Shown: positions 25,077-37,737, counted from the first letter of the stretch. The stretch is 64,000 nucleotides of DNA from Zygnema circumcarinatum SAG 698-1b (GCA_037447605.1 CM074807.1:124001-188000); one strand, 5' to 3'. Notes: generated from the letters alone by a model not told the origin. A program made the numbers and translations.

Positions 25077-26301
25077 ATCTCTCTCTCTCCCTCTCGCTGT
25101 CTCTCTTTCGTTAAACTTAACACTTTTTTTTCTTTTCTCTGCTGAGCAGGCCAAGATTGTGAATTACATGCGGCAAATGGGGGTGATAACACCTTACGCC
25201 CAATTCGTTTTCCGCTTCATTGGAGCTACACCCGAGTAAGACTCTCGCTTTTCCTTTTTTTCGACATTCGAAAGACTTTGCTCGAAATTTTGAGACTACA
25301 TACCCAGTACTAGAAACTCAGAAATGTGCTTCAGACGTAAAAGTCAATGTGCCTAGAAAAGTGGTGTTTCCATGTGCAGCAAAGCTTTTACAATCCGTTT
25401 TTCCCGGAGGACGGATGTGATGCCGCCTGCCCCCATAGAAACGAAATATCACCCTTCCGCTGTGGACCTCCTCCTCATAGAAAGGCTCGTCCGGGAGACA
25501 TCGAAACAGACTCTCTTACAGTTTCTATGCTCCGACTTCGATTGCATCAACAAACCACTCGCAGAAAGACTCATTGGTGAGTATTTTCACTCCTTTGGTT
25601 ATTCGGTCCTTGGTGTAATCTATCGCTAGAGTGTGTTTGAATGTATTCGGATATGATTTCGCGGGTTTCGCCTCCAGAGGTACTTTGGGTACCTAGAAAC
25701 TGGGGGAGAGGCAAATCACTCTCGCTCTCTCTCTATTTCTCTCTCTCGCTCTCTCCTCCCCTTCACCCCCCCTCCCTTTCTCTCTCTCATTCTCACTCCT
25801 GTCCCTTTCTTCCTCTCTATTAGTTTCTTCCTCTCTATCATTATCTCTCTCTCTCTCGCTTCCTCTATCTCCCTCTCTCTATATTCCTCTCTTTTTTCTC
25901 ACTCCCGCTCTTCCCCCCCTCACTGCACGCCTCCGGCCCCCCGCTCTCTCTGTCCCTCACTCTTAGTGTGTTTCACTTTGTGGAGTGTAGGGGAAATGGG
26001 AGAAGAGTTTTCTCCAAAGATGGCGGTGAAATCGCTGACAGATAAGCAGATCGTTCGAATTCACCAATTGTTCCGGCAGGCGAAATTTGATGATCCCAGT
26101 GGGGACGTGAGTTTTCGCAGATTGTTTTTTCCTCCTTTGAGACCTTGTTCGGCGTACATCCTGAGCCCAAGCAGGCTCAAAAGCCTAGCGTTGAAATTTG
26201 CCCCTAGAAGCATTCTGCACCTCCTTCCGCCTCCCTCTATTTGTCCCTGTGTGCTTTGCCATATTAGAAAGTAGTCCATAGTGTAAGATAGAGGGAGACA
26301 A

Positions 26302-26333
<32 letters not shown>

Positions 26334-28847
26334 NNNNNNNNNNGTCTACTGCCATCCTATTTTTGTTTTTAAGCGCTTTGAAGTGTCCTTATAATTTCAT
26401 GGAGTGTCTTGTGCTTGCAGTGTCTGAGCCCGGCAGGGGAATACAATCTCCGTCTGGGCATCATGAAGGAACTGAATCCGGAAATGGTTGCAACTTATGA
26501 AGGCAGGTAAAGCCCACATGGAGATCACTCTCTCCCTCTCCCCCCTCCCGATCCTCTCCCTCCCACTCCCCCTCCCCCTCCTCCTTCCCCTTCTTCATAG
26601 GTCGTTTCAACGTGATTATTCTTTGAATTCCATCAAGCGTTTTGAGCTAAGGCTGCAAAGTTGATGTCATGCACAGATGTCTTTCCTTTGTTTGTTCTAT
26701 TCTCGTTATTTATGTTGTTTTCTGTCGGTCTGTATTGCAGCCCTCAGGTGTTTGAAGGGCATCCGGTAATTGTGGAGGCGGGAGTGAGTTTGGGTGGGAA
26801 GGATGTGAGACCGGTGAGTCAGCCAAACACAAATTCAGCCTCTATTGAAACCGGAGACTAGGCCCGGAAAAGCTGGGACATTTCTGAGAAAACGATCAAA
26901 GCTCCCTTTGTTTGTAGACGGAAAACGGGTTCCATTGCATTGTTCAAGTTGTTTCTCACTTTCTGAAGTGCTAACTTCGTCCTCAGGGTATTAATGTTTT
27001 TCGATTCGCAAACCGAATACCTCTTCTCTTTGAACCTGGAGGTGATGTCGTAACAAGAACAGCAACGAAACGAATCAAGTGAGTACTACCACGCACCACT
27101 ACCGCTATTTCTACTACTTCACCTTTTGGGTATTTTTTAACAAGTTGCCTTCCCTCTTTTCTTGTTTCGGCCCCCTAAATGCAGCTGGAGTCTGTACAAA
27201 ATTAACCAGGGTTCGGATAAAATAGGCGTTTTTGTGAGCATTGTAAGCACGAAGATTCCGTTCAAAGGTACGGGAAAGGAGTACATTGGAGATGACATTA
27301 CGGAGATAGCGTCGGCTGTGAAGGTGAGTTCAGAAACTTAGAGATCAGATGTTCAGAAAACGATAGTGAGTTAGAATCTGTAACTCTCTTTTCTCGGGAA
27401 CCTTGGATGCCCTCTCATGCATTGCTGTACTTGGATTTTTTTCAACGATTGACGCTTCTCTACTTCTATTTACCTTCTCTTTTTGCTGTCATCGGGCTTG
27501 CAGACCGCGATACAGCAATGTTGCTTACAGCTCAAGTCGAAACTTGTACGGCAACAGCAGGCTAGGGAAAGACGGGAGCGAAAACTAAACCTTGTAAAGT
27601 AAATACTTTAATTGACTCATATCCTCGTTGTTGCATCTCAAGACTGCGTTTCCCCCTTCTCAATGCAAAAGAGATAAAATCCAGAAAAGTACTTGACTGT
27701 GAGGCAATCCCTGGCAGGCAGCATTCGGTTTTGGACGTACCTTTCGTCTGCTCAATGGACGGGCAGAGTAGGAAGCATCTTTGATTCAAATTCTCATCTG
27801 GGGCATGCTTAAAAAAGCACATAGCTTTGCTCAAAGATTCCATGTCTTGCATCGTAGAGTGCAAGAAGATAATACGGAATCTACTGAGCAGGTATGTGCC
27901 AAACGCGTCACGAGCGATATATGAAGTTCTGGCGACAGTGGCAGAGGGTGAGAAGGCAAAGAGGCGGAAGGTGGAAGGCGCAAAAGGGAGCTTGTTGGAG
28001 AAGGTGCAGAGAGCGGAGGTGACAGAGGAAATTCTCAAGCAGAAGCTCATGCAGCATGTAGAAAAGGTAAGGACCTCGCTTATTAAGGCCTTTAAGGGCT
28101 ACCTCTCCAGCTCTCGCTCATCACTGACCACCTCTCTCTTTCTCCCGATCTGTTTTCTCTCACTCCCCTTTCTTCGTCCTTGTTTCCTCTCTCTCTCCGC
28201 TTGTCGTCGCCATGTCGCATCTCCTGATTTCCTCTTTCCACCTCCCTATCTCCCCAACTCCCCCTCCCTAACCTAACCTCGTCTGCTTCCCATTTTCCCC
28301 TCTTCTTCTTCCTCTCCCCTTTCCTCCCCCATCCTCCTCACCCTCTCCCCCTCCCGCGCTCCTTCCCCTTCTCCTCTCCTGTCTCCAACTCCCTCCACCC
28401 CGCTCCAGCTCCACCTTCCCGTCCTCCCATTCCGCCATTCTCCTGCCGCCTTCCCTTCCGCCCTAATGCCCTCTCTTCGGTGCCTCCTCCCACTTCCCCC
28501 CTCCCCCTGCTCTCAACCCCCCCCCCCTCCTCTCCACACTCAAGAAAAACAGAAAATAACTAGCTCTCCTCCCCTTCTCCTCCCCCTTGTCCGCCGCCCC
28601 CCCTTGTCTTCCCCCTTCCTCTTCTCCCTCTCTGCCGCTTAGCGATTCCGTTTTCCCTTAAAACCTGAGCATCGATAGCGCTGCGCAGGTGGATACCGAG
28701 ATGGCCCTCGAGTACGCCACACAGGCAGGCCTCCTCCTCCTGGACGAGAGAGACGCGCTGAGCATTGCCGCACTGGAGGAGTCTCGGCCCCTCTGTTGCC
28801 TGCACTCGCCCGTCTGCGTCTTCCAATTGTTCCGCGGCGTCTCGTAG
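21396..28847 (+). CDS. TOP6B: DNA topoisomerase VI subunit B (GHKL ATPase; BIN3/RHL3 type), 672 aa
   Basis: 19 phase-consistent exons: 21396-21471, 21643-21695, 22003-22100, 22487-22592, 22875-23015, 23225-23276, 23475-23539, 23860-23966, 24745-24847, 25150-25235, 25380-25576, 25991-26106, 26421-26506, 26741-26813, 26987-27078, 27185-27323, 27504-27598, 27892-28066, 28689-28847. Motifs KSPAEFFADNKNIAGFDN, RELVENSLDS, DNGKGM, TRGKFGLGAKM, RFANRIPLLF and KIPFKGTGKEYIG. Confidence 0.97.
24056..24627. mobile_element. MITE with 24-bp TIRs and TA target duplication (Tc1/mariner-pogo-like), in TOP6B intron 8
   Basis: Left end TA|CCATAACACCGAACAGGTTGAGAA (24056-24079). Right end TTCTCAACCTGTTCGGTTTTACGG|TA (24604-24627), whose reverse complement is CCGTAAAACCGAACAGGTTGAGAA; 22/24 match. 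No coding capacity. Confidence 0.8.
26302..26343. other. Poly-G run plus assembly gap (10 N at 26334-26343)
   Basis: Visible in the TOP6B intron between exons 12 and 13. Confidence 0.99.
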
Positions 28848-29669
28848 TCATAGTGTATGGAGCCACTTGTTGTAAATAAGTCTGCTCGTCTGTGTGCTTG
28901 TGCCTCAACGCGACCTGCCAGACGGGGGCCCGTTTGTCAAAAAGATGCCACTTTATGTGCCATGTTGAGAGAACGTGTGCACTACTGTTCGCATCGGACC
29001 ATTGAATCAACCATTGGAACCATTAGAATGGTTGCCAACCATTGCATTCAGTGGTAGCTCATATTACACAAATCCTCATCGAAAGCATCATCAACAAAAC
29101 CGTCAACGTAAGATGCAGCTCCAAAAGAACAACCAAGAACACGCATATCATGCACGTGTTGAACATGGCACACCGTATGCCATTCAATTTTTATCCTCTA
29201 AAGCAGCCAGCATAGAACCATGACGGTGTACGGTCTACCGTACGGCTAGCTGATTCCAGTCAGTTTGGACGGTTTGGTCGGACGGTCTCAACAGTGGACG
29301 TAACAGCGCAGTTCTATGCACGGAATCGGAGTGCAGTTCCAGTTCAGTTCAGAATTAGTCGCATAGAGAGGCAGGCAGTTAGGGTTTCCAACGAGCAGGG
29401 AGGGAGGGAGGTTGCCAATAGAAGGAAGTGAAGCGAGGAGGAGCTTGTACTTGCGCACAGCAAGAAGAACCAGGAACATGGTGGAAAGAAGCAGCTGGCC
29501 CGCGGAGCCCCGCTTAAACGCAAGGCGGAGGCAATGAAGCTGAGGTCGCGCTGACTGCATGCTGCGGAGCTGCCAAGTTTCGTGCCGCTCTGCATGATTC
29601 AGGGAGATTCTATGGAACTTGAGGGCAGTGGCAGCGCAGAAGCAGCGCAGGTTGCTTGAGTCGGTCAGA

Positions 29670-32600
29670 ATGGGCATCGGAGGTGGAGGCTCTGCTGTGA
29701 ATGCCTTCATATCTCGTGGCTTGTCTGATTTGCTCGTCGGCAAACCCAGCACTAGGACACTTCATGCAGCGTTCTCGATCTCAGCTGCTGTGGTTGCGCG
29801 AGCTGCTGCCGTGGAAATTGGAGAGCCACAATATGGTGTCGATGGCACAATTCAGCAGTTCAGGTTCGCGTTTAAACTCTTTTTCTTGGAAAGTCAATGC
29901 ATGCTGATTCGATATGCGCACACGAGGCAGACTATATCCAGTGAAATGCCGAAATGCGTCGGTGACGTGATTTGTATAATGGTTAGGCTAGTCTACGCTT
30001 TAGGAGCTCATCAAGACAAATAAAATCAAGAAATTATATTAATGTGCATTTCTTGATTGCCTAGACGACTTCTCGTTAGATAGGGGACTACAAAAAGTGG
30101 GGTTGACATTCTGGTCTAGAACATAAGTTAGATGTGACTGACGAATGTGAATATCCATTTCATTGATAAGCGCATTATACTATGGGGAACACATAGATTT
30201 CATGGTATGAAACTTCCCGCCTGATCTGCATATCTATGATTCATCCACGCCATATTCTTCTTCCAATATTGTCTTGAAAATGCTCATGTTGTTCATTCAA
30301 GGTGTCGTGATTGGAAGTGAGATACGTATTTTGAAGTCCAGAAGACGATTGTTAGTGAGCTGGAACTTTGGCTGTATCTATGCAGACCGTCGTTTGGAAT
30401 TCCTTCAGCTCACTGCGAAAAGAGCAAAGGTGACAAACTTGACCGATGGTTTTACCTTTCGTCCAAAAGTAAATCCCGGGGCAAGCCGCGCAAGGTGTAC
30501 AACATACGGCTGAAGCCGCTGCTATCTGCCTTTTATCCGAAGGCGATTCTAATGGCCAGCATACGTGCTCTACTCCTCAATTATATCTCAGTTTTGGAGA
30601 CCTACATGCAGATCGACGAAGATGAGCTAGAAGATGAAACCCCTCCTCCTCCTCGCCCTATCCCTGACTTGATAGAACCAGCGAAGAAGAGTGTATGGAC
30701 AACTATTCGAGAGGTAGGCAGACTTTGAGGTTTTATGTTTGCACAAACTGGAAGTGTAAGCTCTCAGCATTGTTATAGCAACTGGCGGGCGCTTGCAACA
30801 ATCTCTAAGCAGGAAGCACATGATAGCTATGCAGTTCTTGTCATTTTGCTACTGCGTGCTGCACTTGAAATCCATGATGCATGAAGTTTACCATCATCTG
30901 CTAGGTGCTCAGTCACTGCTAATAATGCACAGATTACTGTGGTGACCACGAGGAGGGTCCTTGAGCGCATCGTTGTCATGTATGTGGAACCGAGAAGAGC
31001 TAACAAGCTGACAAAAGGTGCGAATCGCCTTGTTTTATCTAGTTCTGTAGGCGATCTTGCTCCTTTTCTGATGCCTCCGCTAGAGGCTCGTGCTTATTTG
31101 GACGAAGTTGATTCTGCTTTTCGGGAATGTTTGTTCTTCGGAGTTACCCACCATTGGCGTGTCGATACCTCTAACAAGATATATGGCAAGATACAAAATA
31201 TAAATCAGAGACATTGATGGGAGGGAGTGAACTGTGAAGGCTGTTGGGCTGATATCTGATCAGACTGAACATGAAGGGGATTCCTGTTACTTATGTACAT
31301 TCGAGTACTGGATTTGAATGTTTACATCTTTGCTTGGTTCATCCTGACTATTAGCTTCATTTTTTGCATGATGTCAAAGACTGCTCTCATCTTTTCTTTG
31401 CCTGTGCCTATTTGCAGTATCCACTCCCATTGTTAAGATGTCCTGTTAAAAAAGGGGAAGCTGATGAGTTCGGGCTTGACCCTCCCTCTTGTGCGGAATA
31501 ACAGATTATTTTGAATCGGCGGTACGGAAAGCAGCGAGAGGTGCTAAAGGGTCGGAGCTCGTTACCAATGTGTGTGCCACAACTTTCAGATGTGAGTGGC
31601 AGACGATGTACCTCCTCCTCCTCCTTTCAAGCCTCATTCCCTAGACGGTTATGTCAAAATTACTAAGGTTGGGACGCGCTCGTCATATCAATCTGGTTTT
31701 TTCGGCCTTACCTAGTAGTTCATTGAAGGGGTTATGCAGGATGTCATTTTGCAACGTTTGGTCAAACATCCATACCTCTTGCGTTGCATACCGGAAATAA
31801 GCAGTAAAGGTGCTATCGATTGCTTGAGCTATTGAGGAATGGCCTTAATGCTGTCTAGTCGCTGGTGTCCAGCTCATTGGAGTCTCTGAGAATTTGGGCT
31901 TAATTCGTCCTCTTTCTCCTGCAGCAGCTTTCCTTTCCTTCCCTTGCCTGTTTGTCGGCAGGGAGACTGTACCTCTCCTCACTATGACGTTGAAGAAATT
32001 TCTTTATTCAACCTCGTATTTGAGATTACACGAACTTCATGAGCATGACTCGAATTCCTTTTCGACCTCTTCGGGTCTGGGAAATGAATCCTCGCCACAT
32101 GGAGTGCTATGTGGTGCAATATAAGATACTTTGCTGATGCCATTACCTTTCGCGTGTCCATGCAGGTCAAATGTTGGGCATAGCAGCTCAGTGGATAGTG
32201 CAGGTCACTTTGGATATTTCAATGGCAGCGAGATCTCTCTACCAGCGACGGAAGGACTGGTCTCTAAGTCATGATCCAAAAGGCCTTCTCAAAATAGAGG
32301 TTTTGCGGGTTGCCAAGGGAGCTGTTTATTTTGCTGTGAGAGGAGTCGCTGCACTTGGTGGAGCAGCTATAGGAGCTGGCCTTGGTTCATACATGTGGAT
32401 CGGAACAGGCACGTGGATAGGTATGCCTCTATAGGGCCTTCAACTACCTCACTCACTCTGCCTTGCAGGCTGAAAGGGTTGGAACTTGAGGGCGATAGGG
32501 GGGAGAGGGAAAGCGAAAGGAGAGTGGGGGAGGGAGAGGGAGAGGGAGAGGGGCAGGGGGAGAGGGAGAGAGGGGGAGAGCGAGATGCAGAGAGTGGGCG

Positions 32601-33300
32601 AGAGAGAGAGAGAGGGGGAGCGAGAGAGGGAGAGAGCGAGGGACCCGCTCCGAGGTCTTCAGTCTATCAAACGACTAAAGCAGATAAAGATTTTTTTTTT
32701 GTAGCGTTGATGCATGATGCCTGTAGTGTGCAGCATCCATCGTACTCGCTCATGGATGTTTCATCAGGACAGTCTTCAATGAAAAAGTAGTATGTGCTGT
32801 ATGCATCGTTTCTGTGTGTATTTCGTATTGGATTCGGGAAAACTCTCTAGAGTTCCGCTGACCCCTGCAGTTAAGCAAATCGGGTGATGCCTCAGGCCGG
32901 CTATGGGAATGATGAGTGCAGTTTGGTCCGTGTTTCTGACTATCTGAAGAAACCACTTCTGCTCTTTGCCATTCTGACCCCTGCCGTCCCTGCTGCCACC
33001 CTTTTAGATGGCTTGGATAGTCTGCTTTCAACTGGTAGATCTCTCTCTCATGCATTCGTCGAAGCTTAAAGTGTCCTTTTTGCGGTGAATTGGATCAGTT
33101 ACGTAACCCTTGGATCCTCTCCTTTTGCCCATATGAGCTTTTAGAAGTCTTTTGTTTGATATTGGAGTTTACGGGCCCTTCGTTGTGCTGACATAATCGT
33201 TGATCTTCATGTACTGGCAGGGTTCATCCTCGGTGATTTGGCTGGACCCCACATAATAGGTCTTCTCCTCGGAGATGTCCCGTTCTTTGAACTTCGGTGA
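29670..33300 (+). CDS. Conserved uncharacterised plant protein with a C-terminal hydrophobic Gly-rich segment, ~342 aa
   Basis: 6 phase-consistent exons: 29670-29863, 30386-30713, 30933-31017, 31505-31591, 32166-32420, 33221-33300. The peptide YNIRLKPLLSAFYPKA...PAKKSVWTTIREITVVTTRRVLERIVVMYV...SAVRKAARG...TTFRCQMLGIAAQW...GTGTWIGFILGDLAGP resembles a family of unannotated land-plant proteins (recalled, not searched). The start codon is uncertain. Confidence 0.8.
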
Positions 33301-34549
33301 AATATTGTACATCCGTTCCGTTCGAGACACTTATTGAAAAACTGGAGGTTGCAGATAGTTGCATATTGCACAAAATTCTCCTTCTCCTTTTACCAATTGC
33401 ACTGGGAAGGCTCCTCCTTTGAGCCACATGGGCTACCATATGGGCTATTCAATGATTCTTGGCCAGAGCCCTCATGCCGATTCCGAGTTGTACATTATGC
33501 CAATTTGTCGATAAATTTGGTTTTGATTTTGGCTCTTCTTTTTTTGGCAAAAAAAAAAAAGACAAAATGTCCGCCTCGATAAGATGCTTTATGCCATGCT
33601 TTGATTTGTTCCGTTTTAGCTGTTGGCACTGAGCTGAGCATGGAAAGCTCGTGCCATCATCAATTAGAAATAACCGTTGCTTTCTCTCGGCAAAAGCTCA
33701 CAGCGATAAGATGCGCGCACATCAATACGACGCGAGACACTGGGTGGCGCATCGATGTCACGAAATCTACGACAGAGGCGGCAGATTGATATGACGAGAG
33801 ATTAGAGGGTGAAGGATAGCCGGCAACCTAATAATGAAGCGAGTCCAGTCTATGCTGGGACCCCAGAGGAGAGGAGAGGAGACGGGGGGCTGATGGCCGG
33901 CACGGCACTCACGGTGATGCTCTCTCTCACGGAGGGAGGGATGCAGGCAGTCACTCACTCACTCACATGCCATTCACGATTCGTCACATGTTTGCAGTTA
34001 GGACCGAGCCACTGCCACCTTCACTTACAGAGAAAACTGGTGAATGCTAAAACAACAGCCAAGGCAGTCCTCACCAGCTCATGGAAATCCCTACTTTATT
34101 GATGGTTTTGCACAAAAGAGTTAATTTGATTGCTCAACACTTGTTGAGTTTCCAAACTACTCCGATCTTATGAAAAGAAAAAAACAAAGAACAGACTTGT
34201 CCTCGTTGAGGATGACACTGCTAAACTACCATCTCACTGAAATGCTGGTGACTGGTCAGCCAGTTCCATGTTCAGTTACACTCTTGAACTACACTTGGAA
34301 ACTAAGTGGCGATGGAAACTGCAACCATGATAATGTTGCAGCAAAAAAATCGCACTCAGTATTCGCCAAACTGAACTGCAACTGAAACTGACATAGACAC
34401 CAAAAAAATGCAAAAATCCAACAAGTGCCTCAACTGCTCCATCCTCTGCCTCTCTACCGCCAATGCCTGCGACGGCATCGGCTTCCTCCAGCACTCGCTC
34501 CGCAACGCTCACCGCCTCCTCCTTCACAAACTCGTGGACTTTACACGCA

Positions 34550-35640
34550 TCAAATGCCAAAAGCCCCGGTTACATATCGAAAGAAACGGAAGTACTTTCC
34601 CATGAGGGTTTCAGCTGGACCTCCTCCCGAACCCTGAATTTGTCCGATGTGGGTTTCCACAGAGCGAGTGGGAGAGGGCCTCCGACGGGCGGCAGAGTGG
34701 CGAGGGAGAGAGCCCCCTTTCTTCATCGTTTCTTTGCGAGCCTTCGCCCGGCAGTCGTACACGTAGTTGGAATACTGCACGGAACAACCAAACAGAAAAA
34801 CGGATATTAAAAAACAAACAAACAAAAAATAATAAAAAAATAATAAAAAAAAAAAACAAAAAAAAGAACAAAAAAAAAAGAAAAACAACAGAGAAAATAA
34901 ACAGGACAGAACACGAAACAAGAAACAGCAAGCAAATAAATTCAAAATTTTGCGGTTTGAGAATGATCTCCCCTCACCTTTCCCCGCTTTCCCAAGAGGG
35001 CGATGTCGTCCTCCTCCTCTCCCTCCCTCGCACGTTTCCCTCCCACTGCCTTACCGAGCATTGAATATTCCTCCTCATTGTCTTCATCCCCCCTCCTCTG
35101 TCTCTTCCTCCCTCTCACTCTCTCTACTTCCACTTCCTCCCCGGATTCGTCATCACTGTCCCCCTTTCCTGGTACCTTCACCTTTCCCCCTATCAAAAAC
35201 CTTACTTTCCTCTCCCTCACTCCCACTCTAGGGATGGGAGAGCGAGAAACATCACAATCACTCTCTGTCTCCCTGCCGTATCCAAAAGCAAAACCGGCAT
35301 TCAATCCTGCCTGAACTGAGGAGGACGAGGAGGACGGTTCGGTTTTGTGCAGAACCGTCCTCCTCGGGCGGAAGAAGGGAGCGGGAGAGAAGGGGACGGG
35401 CGCAGCAGGCGACGCCATGCGGAGGCGCTTGACGACGCTGCCTCTTTCCCCCTCCCTCTCGGCGCACTCGCCCGCCTCCTCCTCCTCCTCCTGAAGCCGC
35501 CGCTTCCTTGGCGCTGCCTCCTCCTCGGCCCCTGCGAGAGAGGCGGCGGCGGCCTTGGCAGGAGGCGGCGGCAGCTGGTTCAGCGCCAGAGCGCGCACGC
35601 GCTCGCGGAGGAAGGGCGAGGGCGAGGGGGCGGCAAACAT
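34550..35640 (-). CDS. Putative orphan, disordered, charged nuclear protein
   Basis: Exon 35640-34978 (MFAAPSPSPFLRERVRALAL...RKRRLQEEEEE...VVKRLR...DSDDESGEE...LLGKRGK|GTGAGG) joins in phase to 34774-34550 (tgcag|YSNYVYDCRAKARK...). No recognisable domain; the 3' structure is ambiguous. Confidence 0.4.
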
Positions 35641-35653
35641 GGCCGGGGCTGGG

Positions 35654-35756
35654 TGCCGGAGAGAGAGAGAGAGCGAGAGAGAGAGAGAGAGAGAGCGAGA
35701 GTGAGCGCAAGAGAGACAGGGCGAGAGAGAGAACGAGAGAGCGAGAGAGAGAGAGA

Positions 35757-35794
<38 letters not shown>

Positions 35795-35830
35795 TGAGAG
35801 AGAGAGAGTGAGAGAGAGTGGGAGAGAGTA
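35654..35830. repeat. (GA)n/(GAGAGT)n compound microsatellite directly upstream of the orphan ATG
   Basis: gagagagagagagcgagaga...gtgagagtgagagtgagagt; probably in the 5' UTR. Confidence 0.85.
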
Positions 35831-35894
35831 GGTGAGGTGAGGGAGAAATGATGGCCTGGGCCGGAGGGCGTGGCCTTGGGGTGGGCCCCGGGCA

Positions 35895-37488
35895 GCCCTG
35901 AAATGGTTTTGGCTGCCGTGTGCACGACGTAAGCGTCCGCGATTGGGCGAGCGCCGTCCGGGCAGCTCAACTTTGGCCACGAGCTGCCCGGAGAGGAAAG
36001 GTGTGGCTTAAATGGTGGGCCGCGCGTCTACCTCATCTCAAATCTTGGATAAGACTGTACGGACAGACAGGTGGCGCCACCGCCGTGGCCCGTGGGGGAA
36101 TGGTCGCGTACGGTGCGCGTGATGTGACGTGACGTGAGGCGCCGAATGTGGGCTGCACCTCGTACTCCCGGCGAGGGAGGACCGGAAAGAATGCAGCTGC
36201 CCGGCCGACGCTCAACCATTCGCGGACGGACACGGAAGCCGAAAACATTTCGGGCCGCTTTCCGAACGCCGCAAATGTCGGTGGGCATTCATCAACCGTC
36301 GGACCGCGTTGTTGGCGAGGCCAAGTGCGCCACGTGGCGGCGTGCATTCTGAATCGCCAAAGCGCACCGCTACAACGGCGGCTTCTGATTGGCTGATGCC
36401 CAGGCATTTTCATTCTGCGCGGCAGCGCTTTGTCGTCGGTGGGGGCGAGCGTGCGTGCCCGAATGGCAATGTCAGTGATCGGACGACTGAAAGAAAGCCA
36501 CGCTACCTCAAATCTGGTCAACGGGTGGTCCGGGCCGTCCGTATAGTGCGACGACCTTATCACAGGTCCCGACAAGCGTCACCTGGCAGAGGGGGCGGCA
36601 GTTCTAGCGAGGGCTCCACGTGGAGGTCACGGCTACGCGGTGGTCCCACGACGAGCGGACGGCTGACATCAGCAGTGTCTTTCTTAACGGCTGATCGGAC
36701 GGTTTAGTATCCTCCGATGACCATCGACGGTCGACCTAAGAAGATTAGGACTCGGTGGGGCCACAGTCGCCACGCGGCGCACAGAGAAGAACTTGCTCGT
36801 GCGGGCCGACTGCCCGTCTAATAATGTGCTCGAACTCGGGCGCTTGACGTGGCAAGTCGCTAGACGCGCCACGTAGACGAGGTCGAAGTCGCGCGCAGCC
36901 AATCAGAGGGCGTCCAGCGATTGCGGGGACAGGCGCGTGGGACGCGGTAAGGGCACGGAGGCGGGGGAAGGGACACAGAGTTGTGGCACCGCGACCAATG
37001 AGTAGGCGCCACGTTAATGAGAATTTTTCGATTCGGGGGCAGCTTGGCGGAGGGGTCGATTCTGGAACCGACGCGATATAAAGCGGCATGAAAGTATGGG
37101 ATGCATCGCGATATTGAATTCTCGTCATATCCCGGTTTGGAGAAATGCGATATACTTCGATATTGGAGTGCTGAGGAAAGGGGGAAACGCCGCCGGAGGC
37201 CTGGCAGAGGAAAGGAAGGTGTGGCTTAAAACGGTTGGCTGCGCGCCTACTGCGTTCACAAATTTGCGTACGACTGTACGGACAAACAGGTGGCGCCACC
37301 GCCGTGGGGGAGTGGCCGCGTACTGTGCGCTTAACGTGACATGACTAGACGTGACGAGATGCGACCCGCCCAAGTGGGGTTGCACCTGATCGTGCTCGCG
37401 TCGAGGGAGGACCGAATAAAATTTCAGCTGCCCGGCCGACGCCCGCCCAATCGCGGACGGACACGGAAGCCGAAAATATTTCGGGCCA
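35895..37488. repeat. Diverged ~270-bp direct repeat pair (about 35991-36256 and 37207-37488) plus an inverted partial copy (35895-35967)
   Basis: Shared blocks AGGTGTGGCTTAAA, CTGTACGGACA(G/A)ACAGGTGGCGCCACCGCCGTGG, GAGGGAGGACCG and CAGCTGCCCGGCCGACG...TCGCGGACGGACACGGAAGCCGAAAA. The last block is mirrored by CGTCCGCGATTGGGCGAGCGCCGTCCGGGCAGCT at 35.9 kb. Confidence 0.85.
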
Positions 37489-37498
37489 TGCCTTTGAC

Positions 37499-37737
37499 GG
37501 GCCATGAGTTGGTTCAACCATTGTTTCCAATAGTTGCGATTTGCAAACCGTTGATTCCCGATTCAACCAACCATTGAATCCAATGGTTCCAGACATTGGC
37601 AATGGTTGGCTGGGTATCCAGCCAATGGTTGCAAACATTGGCAATGGTTGCGATTTGCGAACCATTGATTCCCGATCCAGCCAGCCATTGGATAAAATGG
37701 TTGCAGTTATTGGCAATGGTTGGCTGAGTTCTGGCCC
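37499..37737. repeat. AACCATTG/CAATGGTT octamer array containing two 85-bp direct copies (37528-37612, 37642-37726)
   Basis: About 10 copies of the octamer or near-variants in both orientations; bounded by GGGCCA...TGGCCC. Confidence 0.85.

Noticed and set aside
34640-34660. CCCACATCG on the minus strand, resembling the snRNA USE promoter element
   Set aside because: It lies inside a putative exon, lacks the RTCCCACATCG context and a correctly spaced TATA, and no snRNA follows.
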